This document shows positions 21,338-32,000 of a stretch of 32,000 nucleotides of DNA, in pieces. Every line of letters begins with the position of its first letter. Position 1 is the stretch's first letter. A program made the translations under genes and the position numbers. Below the pieces are notes generated by a model that saw only the letters and a program-made list of their open reading frames with translations, did not search any database and was not told the DNA's origin. Source of the DNA: Bacillus subtilis subsp. subtilis str. 168 (GTDB lineage Bacteria; Bacillota; Bacilli; Bacillales; Bacillaceae); contig NC_000964.3 in assembly GCF_000009045.1 (NCBI RefSeq), positions 3,090,001 to 3,122,000 of the forward strand. Reading direction: 5' to 3'.

Positions 21338-22088
21338 GCTGCACCCCGCCTAACACGCCTTGCGTTTTCATAATATCCTGGAAAAACGTTTGCCTGTCCT
21401 GGCCCCCTTTATTCAGCTGTGTATACATTTGCCCGTCCTTAATAAAAATGACTCTGCCGCAGTAGCTGGCAGCGACGGGATCATGGGTAACCATAATAAT
21501 CGTCGCGTTGCGTTTTTGATTGAGCTGGCTCAGCTTATTTAATAGATCGGAGGCCGATTTCGAATCGAGCGCGCCGGTCGGTTCATCAGCGAAAATAATG
21601 CTCGGGTCATGAATAAACGCTCTTCCAGCGGATGTTCTCTGCTTCTGGCCGCCGGAAATTTCATTCGGGTATTTATCCCGCAATTCATATATTCCCAGTT
21701 CCTTGGCAACTTCCTCAAACTTGCGATTGGCTTCCTTTTTTGATAGTTTCGTGATCGATAAAGGCAGAAGGATATTCTCTTTCACTGTCAATGTGTCTAA
21801 CAAATTGTAATCCTGAAAGATAAAGCCTAAATGCTGTTTTCTAAATTCAGCCAGCTGCTTTTCCTTCATAGCCGTCATGTCATTTCCATTAATATGAATG
21901 GTTCCGTGACTGACCTGATCGATTGAGGACAGAACGTTGAGCAAAGTGGTTTTTCCCGACCCGGAAGCACCCATAATACTGACGAATTCGCCCTTTTCAA
22001 TGTGAATATCGATGCCCTTCAGCACTTCCTGTTTATTCAGCTTGTTTCCATAACTTTTTCGAATTTTATTCGCTTCTAAAATCACCAT
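21327..22088 (-). CDS. bceA: Bacitracin-resistance ABC transporter ATP-binding protein
   Basis: 253 aa; Walker [10 protein letters not shown], signature ISGGQKQR, Walker [20 protein letters not shown]. Confidence 0.95.
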
Positions 22089-22171
22089 TTACGCAGTCTC
22101 CTTTATATTGGATAATCTCATTATAAAAAGGAATGCCGGGCTTTTCCTTCGATACGGCGAACAAAAAAGAA

Positions 22172-22199
22172 AAGCATGTGACATTTTCGTCACACGCTT
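22172..22199 (-). promoter_or_regulatory. BceR-type operator upstream of the bceA promoter
   Basis: Minus strand AAGCGTGTGACGAAAATGTCACATGCTT is an inverted repeat (TGTGAC-N4-rich spacer-GTCACA). A candidate -10, TATAAT, is at 22120-22125. Confidence 0.8.
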
Positions 22200-23194
22200 A
22201 TGACATGTTCAAATTGATTCCGTATTGGAAAGGTTAATGTAAAAACTGTTCCCGCACCAAACTCCGACTCAACATCAATATGGATCAATAACGGCGCCGC
22301 TGCTTTTTTTGCCAAGTACAGCCCCATGCCAGTTGACGCTTGATCATGGTGATCCGTTGTGGATGTAAACCCTTTATCAAAAATACGCGGTACATCTTTT
22401 GGATCAATGCCCCTGCCACAATCTTTCACTTGGAGCTGCGTCTGTTCCCCTTTTTGAAAGCTTTTGATCTCGATTTCAGAGGCTTCGCTGTATTTCACCG
22501 CGTTTGTCAGCAGCTGCCTGATGATAAACGCCAGCCATTTTGCATCGCTCAGCACTTCTTTGGCCTCGAGCTGTATGTCAAAACCGATCCCTTTTTGGAT
22601 ACACCACGATTGTAAATCTTTGATTTCTTTAAAGATCAAAGGCTGAAGCTGAATGAATTCTACTGACAGGTCGTTTTCAATAAATGAAATGCGTTTTTGA
22701 TGAAGCTGCTGATCAAGAAGCAGGTGAATACGCAGCCATTCATATGACAGCTGGGATTTCAGTGCTTTTTCTTCCATTCTATCAATGATTAAATGCATCG
22801 CTGTTAATGGAGTTTTGACCTCATGGATCCATGCCATCAGCTCATCTTTTTCATTTTCCAATGCTAAGCGATGCCGTGCTGCGGTCTGCTTCAAGTGTTC
22901 TGTTTGCCCGGCAATGCTTCTTTCAACCATTGCTTCAAACGGCGTTTCCGGTTCATTTATGGCTGTCACATCGAGATTGTTCTCCCATGTTTTCAAGCTT
23001 TTATAAAACGCTGTTTCTTTCCGATAGCGGAACCAAAGGAATATGATAAAAAACAAGATGCACAAATACACCATATAAAGTACATTCCCAAATGATATGG
23101 AAGGATCGACAAAAGCAATGAACAGCATCAAAGCCTGCTGAAACAAAAACGCGGCAATCCAGCTCCGCCTTTCGATAAGGAATGCTTTAATCAT
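22190..23194 (-). CDS. bceS: Intramembrane-sensing sensor histidine kinase
   Basis: 334 aa starting MIKAFLIERRSW (ORF track extends to 23296). Phosphoacceptor region WIHEVKTPLTAM; ATP-binding GMGLYLAKKAA. Confidence 0.95.
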   Translation of the reverse strand: MIKAFLIERRSWIAAFLFQQALMLFIAFVDPSISFGNVLYMVYLCILFFIIFLWFRYRKETAFYKSLKTWENNLDVTAINEPETPFEAMVERSIAGQTEHLKQTAARHRLALENEKDELMAWIHEVKTPLTAMHLIIDRMEEKALKSQLSYEWLRIHLLLDQQLHQKRISFIENDLSVEFIQLQPLIFKEIKDLQSWCIQKGIGFDIQLEAKEVLSDAKWLAFIIRQLLTNAVKYSEASEIEIKSFQKGEQTQLQVKDCGRGIDPKDVPRIFDKGFTSTTDHHDQASTGMGLYLAKKAAAPLLIHIDVESEFGAGTVFTLTFPIRNQFEHVISV

Positions 23195-23882
23195 AGAACT
23201 TGTCCTCTTCCTTCGCGATGTAGCCCTGGCCCACCTTTGTCTCGATATATGCACCAAGCTGCAGGGCGTCCAGTTTTTTTCGCAGGCGATTGACATTGAC
23301 GGTCAGCGTATTATCACTAACAAAACGCTCATCGTTCCACAAGCTTCTGATCAGCTCTTCCCGGCTGACGATCTTGTTTTTTTGCTCTATTAATTGTTTT
23401 AGAATGAACATTTCATTTTTGGTCAGTTCAACAGATCCTTTGTCATTGCTGACGAGGTTCTGCTCCGCGTCTACAGCAGCGCCGCACCACGTTTTAATCG
23501 TACTCGGCTCCGTATTATAATGGTGCACACGCCGGAACATCGCTTGGATTTTCGCGATCAGCACATCAAAATGAAATGGCTTTTGAATAAAGTCATCTGC
23601 CCCGAGCTGCATGGACATCACCATATCAGCAGGATGATCCCGGGAGGATAAAAAGAGAATCGGAACATTTGACCGGGAGCGGATCAGACGGCACCAATGA
23701 AAGCCGTCAAATTTAGGCAGCTGCACATCAATAATGACACAATCAGGATTAACCGCCGCAAATTCCTGCAGCACCTGACTGAAATCCTGAATGCCGTATA
23801 CATCATAGGACCATCCCGTTAAACGATCCTTGATTTCATGAAACAGCGATTCATCATCTTCAATCAGCAAAAGTTTAAACAA
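23187..23882 (-). CDS. bceR: Two-component response regulator, OmpR family
   Basis: 231 aa when started at TTG 23882 ((M)FKLLLIEDDESLF); receiver plus winged-helix output domain (DNTLTVNVNRLRKKL). The ORF track starts at 23936. Confidence 0.92.
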   Translation of the reverse strand: MFKLLLIEDDESLFHEIKDRLTGWSYDVYGIQDFSQVLQEFAAVNPDCVIIDVQLPKFDGFHWCRLIRSRSNVPILFLSSRDHPADMVMSMQLGADDFIQKPFHFDVLIAKIQAMFRRVHHYNTEPSTIKTWCGAAVDAEQNLVSNDKGSVELTKNEMFILKQLIEQKNKIVSREELIRSLWNDERFVSDNTLTVNVNRLRKKLDALQLGAYIETKVGQGYIAKEEDKFYD

Positions 23883-23945
23883 TCGACTCACCGCACTTTT
23901 TCCTTTTTTATCAAGTGTATAGCAAAACGCCAGCATGCGCTATAG

Positions 23946-23970
23946 AAAAAGCCGGCTGTCTCAGCCGGCT
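23946..23970 (-). terminator. Terminator downstream of ytrF
   Basis: Minus strand AGCCGGCTG-aga-CAGCCGGCTTTTTC. Confidence 0.85.
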
Positions 23971-23978
23971 CGTTCGCA

Positions 23979-25289
23979 TTATAATTCTCTTCTCAACGCT
24001 GTCAGCACGTTGGTTTTGGTAGCTTTTCTCGCCGGGTTCATTCCGGAAATGACTGCGACCCCTCCGCAAATCACAACGGCAATGATCACAAGGCTCGCCG
24101 GGATGTAGGAGAATGTGTAATTCAAATCGCCCGCATCGCCACCGCTTGTGGCCGCAAGAATCATCGGAACGGCCAGGTTGACAAGGTAGCTCACGCCGTA
24201 AGAAATGATAATCCCAATCACACAGCCTAAAATTCCGATATACGCGCTTTCCATCAAGAACATTCGGCGAATGATTGACGGGCTCGCCCCAATCGCTTTC
24301 ATAATGCCGATCTCTTGCGTTCTCTCTGTCACCGCCATCGTCATCGTGTTAAAAATGCCGATCGCTGAAATGATAACTGCGATACATCCGACAAAGATCA
24401 GTCCGATTTTGAAGACCATGAAGAAGGTATTGGCTCCCTCAAGTTCAGTAGTCACTGATGTGACATAGTACCCGTCATCTGTTAGATCATTTGTCAGCTG
24501 TTCCACATTCTCAAACTTATCAGCAAAAACACCAATGTTCGTTTCAACATTTCCGCCTTTGAAATCTAAGAATTCCGAAAAATCTTTTTTGAATTGATCA
24601 CTGATAAAAATATTTGAGTCCTCCATCCAGTCTTGAGATGGTTTTTTTGTAATACCGACAATTTTAAAGTCATATGTTTTTGTTTTTGTAACATCCCCTG
24701 TTTTAGAATCTGTCTTCGATACACTTAGTTCAATTGTTTTATTTAGAATATCTTTCGTATAGCCCTTTGGTTCTTTTATATCTTCTGGATTTCCTTTTGC
24801 TTCCTCGATTTTTTTGTTATATTCTTCCGATTCTTTTTTCGTTAATAATCTCTTTGCGAAGTCGTATCCTACTACGATTTCATTTTCCGACTTTGCGACT
24901 CTTCCCTTTTCCAATTCCATATTGGCCTTTAATTCATCATTCATATTAGTAAAAATGAGATTTGAGCTTTCATTTGTACGATTGCCTAAAGTAGCTTTGT
25001 TTGGTTCATACACTTGCGTTCTTTCTACAACTGACCTTACGTGATCATACTTCTCTAAATCAGCTTTTTTAATCGGCTTGTCTCCTTCCTTGCCCATTAC
25101 GCTGACTTTCGTTACAATCTGCTGGCTCATTGTCATATCTGTAATCGTCTTTTGAATCCCAAATCCAACGGACGACAACACAACCAAAAACGCACACGCC
25201 ATTGTTGTCGCCAGAATCGTCATAAAGACGCGAAGCCTGTTTTTCTTCATATTTCTTCTGATAAAATGAACCTGATCCTTAAACCTCAA
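23979..25289 (-). CDS. ytrF: MacB/FtsX-type ABC transporter permease
   Basis: 436 aa; N-terminal transmembrane segment, large extracellular region, and three C-terminal transmembrane segments with MTMAVTERTQEIGIMKAIGAS. Confidence 0.93.
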   Translation of the reverse strand: MRFKDQVHFIRRNMKKNRLRVFMTILATTMACAFLVVLSSVGFGIQKTITDMTMSQQIVTKVSVMGKEGDKPIKKADLEKYDHVRSVVERTQVYEPNKATLGNRTNESSNLIFTNMNDELKANMELEKGRVAKSENEIVVGYDFAKRLLTKKESEEYNKKIEEAKGNPEDIKEPKGYTKDILNKTIELSVSKTDSKTGDVTKTKTYDFKIVGITKKPSQDWMEDSNIFISDQFKKDFSEFLDFKGGNVETNIGVFADKFENVEQLTNDLTDDGYYVTSVTTELEGANTFFMVFKIGLIFVGCIAVIISAIGIFNTMTMAVTERTQEIGIMKAIGASPSIIRRMFLMESAYIGILGCVIGIIISYGVSYLVNLAVPMILAATSGGDAGDLNYTFSYIPASLVIIAVVICGGVAVISGMNPARKATKTNVLTALRREL

Positions 25290-25974
25290 CGGTAATTCCT
25301 CCTTTTAGCACACCATCATGAAGCTGAAATTTTGAATGTCCGATAGAAGCGACTTCATCATCGTGAGTAATGATCACAAATGTAATGCCACGCTCACGAT
25401 TCAGCTGCTGGATCAATTCCAGCACTTCATGTTCCGTTTCTGAATCAAGGCTTCCCGTCGGCTCATCCGCTAAGATAATCGAAGGATTTAAAATCAATGC
25501 TCGAGCAATACTGACACGCTGCTGCTGGCCGCCTGACAGTTCATTCGGATAATGAGCGGCGTGGTTTTCCAGACCGACGCGTTTCAGCATGTCCTGCACC
25601 TTTTGCTTCCGCTCAGATGGCTTGATTCCTTTTAACGCCAGCGGCATTTCCACATTCTCATACGTCGTTAAACCCGGGATGAGCTGAAAGCTCTGAAAAA
25701 TAAACCCGAAATGGTCAAGCCGAAATTGCGCCCATTCCTTTTCATTAAACCCCGTAACATCAGTGCCATTAATGACAATCCGCCCTTTTGTCGGCGATAT
25801 GTAGCCGGAAATTAAATTCAAAAGCGTTGATTTCCCTGAGCCGCTTCGTCCGACAATGCAGGCGATTTCCCCTTTCGCCACGCTCAATGAAACATCCTTC
25901 AATACTGGAACTTCATTCTCACGGCCCTTTTTTCCGATCGTGAAAGAATGGTCGATATGCTGAACATCAATCAT
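25279..25974 (-). CDS. ytrE: ABC transporter ATP-binding protein (MacB/LolD type)
   Basis: 231 aa; GRSGSGKSTLLN, LSGGQQQRVSIARAL, IILADEPTGSLD. Confidence 0.94.
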   Translation of the reverse strand: MIDVQHIDHSFTIGKKGRENEVPVLKDVSLSVAKGEIACIVGRSGSGKSTLLNLISGYISPTKGRIVINGTDVTGFNEKEWAQFRLDHFGFIFQSFQLIPGLTTYENVEMPLALKGIKPSERKQKVQDMLKRVGLENHAAHYPNELSGGQQQRVSIARALILNPSIILADEPTGSLDSETEHEVLELIQQLNRERGITFVIITHDDEVASIGHSKFQLHDGVLKGGITVEV

Positions 25975-25988
25975 ATGTTCTCTCTCCC

Positions 25989-26981
25989 TTACAAAAGTTT
26001 CATTTTTTTATAAATCGCAAAATAACTAATCAAGAAACCGATTACCGCACCTGTACCCATGCCAATGAGATAACCGGCAAAGCTCTCGCTTGCAGTAAAT
26101 CCAAAATAGCCGAAGCCCATGATTCCTATGATAATAACGATGATCTGCACCGGGCGGTTAAGCGGCTTCCATAAGAAGAAATATCCGTTTCTTTCATTAG
26201 ACATTTTAACAAAGCTAATATAGCCGATGATGTAAAAAATGATAGTCATGATAGCCGGAATGACTAAATAATATGGTGAATTCTCAGCCCATTTCGAGTC
26301 TACATAAATTATCGGAATGAAATACTGCACCCATTTAGGTACTGGACCATGGATAAAATCTATTGATCCGCCAAAAAGGATCTCGAGGTTGATCACAGGC
26401 AGGCTGATGAGTAAAAACGGCGAAATGGCCACGGTAAATGAGACTAGAAGCTGTGCGAAACTATTGCCTGTCAAAGCTCCTCCGGCCATAACCAAAGAAT
26501 AAGCCAGCATGCTAACAATAATCATTCCCAAGCTGTAATTGTGAAAATAAACGGCCTGATCTGGCTTCAAAAGCATGATCAGCAAAACAGACAAAACATA
26601 ACCTATGAGCTGCGGCACCACAATCACCATTCCGCCGGTAAGGAACTTCGCATGAAATATCTGCCCTCGTGTATATGGAAGGCTTAATGTAAAATCAAAG
26701 AAGCTCTTGCTACGTTCAATCCCAAGCTGGCTGACCGCCAAAACGACTCCCCAAATCCAAAACAATGAGATAAATGAGCTATTTAAATAATCAACGCTGA
26801 ATACGCAGGGGCCGACCCAATTTTCTTTTCCAGTGACACAGCCTTGATAGATGAGATACATATTTAAAATTGATAATGGATTACCTAATATAAAAACCAA
26901 AATGGTGATAACTAAGGCGACTTTATTCTGCCGCCACTCTTTGTAAAGCAGTCCGGAATCCGGCAACTCACTTCCCTCCAA
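25989..26981 (-). CDS. ytrD: ABC-2-type permease, paralog of YtrC
   Basis: About 325-330 aa, membrane protein closely similar in sequence to the next ORF. The true start may be internal (TTG near LPDSGLLYKEW). Confidence 0.9.
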   Translation of the reverse strand: MEGSELPDSGLLYKEWRQNKVALVITILVFILGNPLSILNMYLIYQGCVTGKENWVGPCVFSVDYLNSSFISLFWIWGVVLAVSQLGIERSKSFFDFTLSLPYTRGQIFHAKFLTGGMVIVVPQLIGYVLSVLLIMLLKPDQAVYFHNYSLGMIIVSMLAYSLVMAGGALTGNSFAQLLVSFTVAISPFLLISLPVINLEILFGGSIDFIHGPVPKWVQYFIPIIYVDSKWAENSPYYLVIPAIMTIIFYIIGYISFVKMSNERNGYFFLWKPLNRPVQIIVIIIGIMGFGYFGFTASESFAGYLIGMGTGAVIGFLISYFAIYKKMKLL

Positions 26982-26995
26982 ACCTAAGGCATTTC

Positions 26996-27982
26996 TTACA
27001 CTTTTGTTTTCTTATAAATAGAGAAGTAGCTCACAAAGAATCCAGCCACTGCTCCAATGATCATACCCAAAATATAACCAATAATGGAATGTCCGGTATA
27101 GTATCCAAATAAACCAAATCCAAGGATGCCGAAAGCCATAACCAGAATTTGCACCGGGCGATCTAATCTGTTCCATAAGAAAAAGTGTCCGTTCCGTTCA
27201 CTTGGAAGCTTCTTGAAGCTTATAAAGCCAATCAAGTAAAATAGCATGCTCATTACGGCTGGAATCAATAAAAGATATTTACTGTTAATCAGCCATTCAT
27301 TTACAACGTAACTAATCGGTACTAGGTTCGATAAATTGCTTGCCAGAGAGAAATAACTCTCAGGGGAAGGGAATATTTCCCATATATTCGCACCAAAAAC
27401 AACTTCTAGGTTTCCAACCGGCAATGCAATAATTAAATACGGCAATATAGCTGCTGAAAACGCCGTTAACAGTTGGGCAAAAGCATTTCCAGTTAACGCT
27501 CCGGCGGCCATCACCAGTGAAAAAGCCATAAAACTTATCACGATTACTCCAATGCTGCTGTGCTCAAAAAAGTAGACGTGTTCAGGGTTATAGACAAGAA
27601 TCAGCAGCCATGCAAGTAAAAAGCCAATCAATTGTGACAGCACAATCACAAAACCGCCTAACCAAAATTTTGTCTGAAAAATTTGGCTTCTGTTATACGG
27701 GAGGCTTAATATAAAATCCATCGTGCCTTTCGAACGCTCCATTCCGAGGAAGCAGACCGCCAAAATGACACCCGGCACCCAGTTGATATCTATCAGATTG
27801 CTTATGGAATAATTCACAATAAAATCACAATATTGCGGGTCTTGGCGATCAAGACACCCTTGATAAGACAAATACGTATTAACGATAGAAAGCGGATTTG
27901 CCAATACTAAAAACGCGATACTTAACAAAATCACCACTTGATTCTGCTTCCACTCTCGATAGAGGAGACCTCGGTCTACCAT
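26996..27982 (-). CDS. ytrC: ABC-2-type permease, paralog of YtrD
   Basis: 328 aa; GLLYREWKQNQVVILL... parallels YtrD GLLYKEWRQNKVALVI.... Confidence 0.9.
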   Translation of the reverse strand: MVDRGLLYREWKQNQVVILLSIAFLVLANPLSIVNTYLSYQGCLDRQDPQYCDFIVNYSISNLIDINWVPGVILAVCFLGMERSKGTMDFILSLPYNRSQIFQTKFWLGGFVIVLSQLIGFLLAWLLILVYNPEHVYFFEHSSIGVIVISFMAFSLVMAAGALTGNAFAQLLTAFSAAILPYLIIALPVGNLEVVFGANIWEIFPSPESYFSLASNLSNLVPISYVVNEWLINSKYLLLIPAVMSMLFYLIGFISFKKLPSERNGHFFLWNRLDRPVQILVMAFGILGFGLFGYYTGHSIIGYILGMIIGAVAGFFVSYFSIYKKTKV

Positions 27983-28854
27983 CTCCGCTTCCCTCCAAAC
28001 TTCGCAATGAACACTTCTTCCAGGTTGACAGGAAGCTCATTCCACACTTTTGGCTTCAGCTCTCTCAAAAAGCTCTTTTTCTCCTCATCGCTTTTCGGAA
28101 TCAGCACTGTGTAAAACACGCCGGCCTGATCGAGCATCGGAATGTTTTGCTCTCTGATGGCCAAATTGACATCTGTATCGAAGGCCATTTGAATTTTAAT
28201 GTATTCTTCTTTTAACTCATCAAGATCCATGACGTTGGTCAGGCTGTTATCTTCAAGAAAACCAATTCGGTTGCACATCCGCTCTATGTCTTCAAGCCGG
28301 TGGGACGTAATCAGGATGCTCGTATCACGCTCTGCCACTTCATCGACCATCAGCTGCAGCACATCATGCCTTGTCACCGCATCAATACCATCCGTCGGCT
28401 CATCAAGGAGGATCAGCGCCGGTCTCGCCGCAAACGACAGAACGAGCGATAGCTGCTTTTTTAAGCCTGTCGACAGCTCACGGTATTTTTTCGTTTCCGG
28501 AATTTCGTATCTGTTCATCAGCTCATTCGCGTACGTGACATCAAATTTCGGATATATTCTTCTCAAAATATCGACTAACTGCTTGTATGTATACTTATCG
28601 TAAAACGGATTTTGAACAGGCATGTAGATGATATTTTGTTTGACTTTCGGGTGCTTTTTGATTTCTACGCCGTCAAATAAAATCGTTCCGCTGTCAGCGA
28701 AAATGATTTGCTGGATTAAGCGAAGCATCGTCGTTTTGCCCGATCCATTGCGTCCAAGCAATCCAAAGATTTCTCCTTTTTCGATTGTTAATGAAACATC
28801 TTTTAATACTTGATTGCCGTCAATCGCTTTTGACAGCTGCCGCAGTTCAATCAT
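27976..28854 (-). CDS. ytrB: ABC transporter ATP-binding protein
   Basis: 292 aa; GRNGSGKTTMLR, LSTGLKKQLSLVLS, LILLDEPTDGID. Confidence 0.94.
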   Translation of the reverse strand: MIELRQLSKAIDGNQVLKDVSLTIEKGEIFGLLGRNGSGKTTMLRLIQQIIFADSGTILFDGVEIKKHPKVKQNIIYMPVQNPFYDKYTYKQLVDILRRIYPKFDVTYANELMNRYEIPETKKYRELSTGLKKQLSLVLSFAARPALILLDEPTDGIDAVTRHDVLQLMVDEVAERDTSILITSHRLEDIERMCNRIGFLEDNSLTNVMDLDELKEEYIKIQMAFDTDVNLAIREQNIPMLDQAGVFYTVLIPKSDEEKKSFLRELKPKVWNELPVNLEEVFIAKFGGKRRW

Positions 28855-29239
28855 TTTTTTTGCCTCCCTTCACATCAGCGCTGATTTCCTTTATCCATTC
28901 GTGCAGTTTTTCCAGCTCAACCCCTGCATAGTGTGCATCGATGATGAGCTGTTTGAGTTGCTCTTTAATCATCGTCATCTTCCCTTCAACCAGTGTCGTT
29001 TTTGCATTCTCCGATATATAGGTCCCTCTGCCCCGCAGCGTTTCAATAATCCCCTCTCGCTCAAGTTCTTTATACGCTTTGCTGACAGTGTTCGGATTCG
29101 CAATAATGATCGTTGCCAATTCTCTGACAGAAGGAAGCTTATCACCAGGCTTCATGATCCCTTTCAAACAAAGCTCTTTCATTTGCTGAATAATTTGTTC
29201 GTAAATGGGTGTTGAGCTTCTTGGATCGATTTGAATCAT
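28847..29239 (-). CDS. ytrA: GntR-family repressor (YtrA subfamily)
   Basis: 130 aa; winged-helix MKPGDKLPSVRELATIIIANPNTVSKAYKELEREGIIETLRGRGTYI. Confidence 0.95.
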   Translation of the reverse strand: MIQIDPRSSTPIYEQIIQQMKELCLKGIMKPGDKLPSVRELATIIIANPNTVSKAYKELEREGIIETLRGRGTYISENAKTTLVEGKMTMIKEQLKQLIIDAHYAGVELEKLHEWIKEISADVKGGKKND

Positions 29240-29272
29240 TTACTTCCCTACTTTCTATACGATCTGAACCTT

Positions 29273-29410
29273 TTATAGATAAAAATGATCAATTATACTT
29301 TTTTGCCATTCAAAACCGATCATCACAAGAACAAGAAAAAAAGAACAAGCGATCACAGATGCCGCAATCAGCATTGGCACGTTACGTTTGTTTCGTTTTT
29401 TATGTTTCAT
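29273..29410 (-). CDS. ytrG: 45-aa membrane peptide, first ORF of the ytr operon
   Basis: Below the ORF-track size cutoff. My translation is MKHKKRNKRNVPMLIAASVIACSFFLVLVMIGFEWQKSIIDHFYL*. RBS AAGGGAGG is correctly placed upstream, with a basic N-terminus and one hydrophobic segment. Confidence 0.85.
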   Translation of the reverse strand: MKHKKRNKRNVPMLIAASVIACSFFLVLVMIGFEWQKSIIDHFYL

Positions 29411-29460
29411 AACTGCCTCCCTTAATGTCAATATATAAATGATTTTATATTAGTGTCTAT

Positions 29461-29485
29461 AGTGTATTACTTCAATTAGTACACT
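29461..29485. promoter_or_regulatory. YtrA operator
   Basis: AGTGTA-N13-TACACT inverted repeat just upstream of ytrG, overlapping the predicted transcription start. Confidence 0.8.
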
Positions 29486-29489
29486 TAAT

Positions 29490-29518
29490 ACAATAAATAC
29501 TTTGACTCACAAAGTCAA
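29490..29518 (-). promoter_or_regulatory. Sigma-A promoter of the ytr operon
   Basis: Minus strand TTGACT (29513-29518), N17, TATTGT (29490-29495). Confidence 0.65.
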
Positions 29519-29529
29519 TCCTTTTTTTA

Positions 29530-29562
29530 CAAAAAAACGGACCCTTTTAAAAGGGTCCGTTT
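29530..29562. terminator. Terminator downstream of ytzC
   Basis: AAAACGGACCCTTTTAAAAGGGTCCGTTTT hairpin. Confidence 0.85.
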
Positions 29563-29564
29563 TC

Positions 29565-29837
29565 CTACACATCAAGAGGGTGCTGCAGGATCATATTATT
29601 TTGCAAAGATTGAAGCTGAAGTCTCATTCTGTACAGCTGTTCTCTCTGCTGATCATTTGACGACAGCCATAGTTTATTCAAGGCATTTACCGCATCTTCT
29701 AGCTGCATTTGTGCATCACTATATTCTTGATCGTTATAATGCTCTTGTTTAGAAGCGATTTTCAGCTGTTCTTCAGCATAATCATAGGCCTGCATACATT
29801 GCTGGAGATGTTCATCTACTGATTGTCTTGTTGCCAC
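29565..29837 (-). CDS. ytzC: Small conserved protein of unknown function
   Basis: 90 aa, helical and Gln-rich, MATRQSVDEHLQQCMQ. RBS GAGGAGGG. Confidence 0.85.
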   Translation of the reverse strand: MATRQSVDEHLQQCMQAYDYAEEQLKIASKQEHYNDQEYSDAQMQLEDAVNALNKLWLSSNDQQREQLYRMRLQLQSLQNNMILQHPLDV

Positions 29838-29998
29838 AGTAACCCCTCCTCTTGGTAATGGAAATCATCCATCATTCATATTGTAGCCTCATCTGACTTT
29901 ATTCAATAAAGTAATTTATGGTCGATATTCATTTGTTCTCTTGTGAAATGCGTGCTACAATTTTAGGATGCAATCGTACGCAAGGAGGCACATGAATT

Positions 29999-31999
<2,001 letters not shown>

Positions 32000-32000
32000 G

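Noticed and set aside
29501-29527. TTGACT-cacaa-AGTCAA followed by T7 read as a plus-strand terminator
   Set aside because: There is no plus-strand gene upstream, and the right arm is better explained as the -35 box of the minus-strand ytr promoter. A dual role cannot be excluded.

Overview
This window is ordinary chromosomal DNA of Bacillus subtilis, or something very close to it. I identified it by recalling protein sequences and gene order; no search was run. Left to right it contains: the biotin operon bioW-A-F-D-B-I (minus strand, bioI cut off by the left edge); ytaP; the msmR-msmE-amyD-amyC-melA alpha-galactoside uptake locus; ytwF; leuS with a T-box leader; ytvB; the blue-light receptor ytvA; a ~190-bp structured element; yttB; yttA; the bacitracin-resistance module bceR-S-A-B; the GntR-controlled ytrG-A-B-C-D-E-F ABC operon; ytzC; ytqA-ytqB (tRNA modification); and the 3' part of ytpB (cut off by the right edge). 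I found no prophage, transposase, CRISPR array, rRNA or tRNA, and no clear candidate for an undescribed multigene system. The items most worth a second look are: (1) a 191-bp structured block between ytvA and yttB, flanked by 14-bp direct repeats that are part of terminator hairpins; (2) the 45-aa membrane peptide ORF ytrG, missing from the ORF track, with a promoter and an AGTGTA-N13-TACACT operator; (3) a perfect 22-bp palindrome and a cre-like site upstream of msmR; (4) a BceR-type operator that overlaps the 3' end of bceS; (5) a terminator-like hairpin between bioB and bioI.
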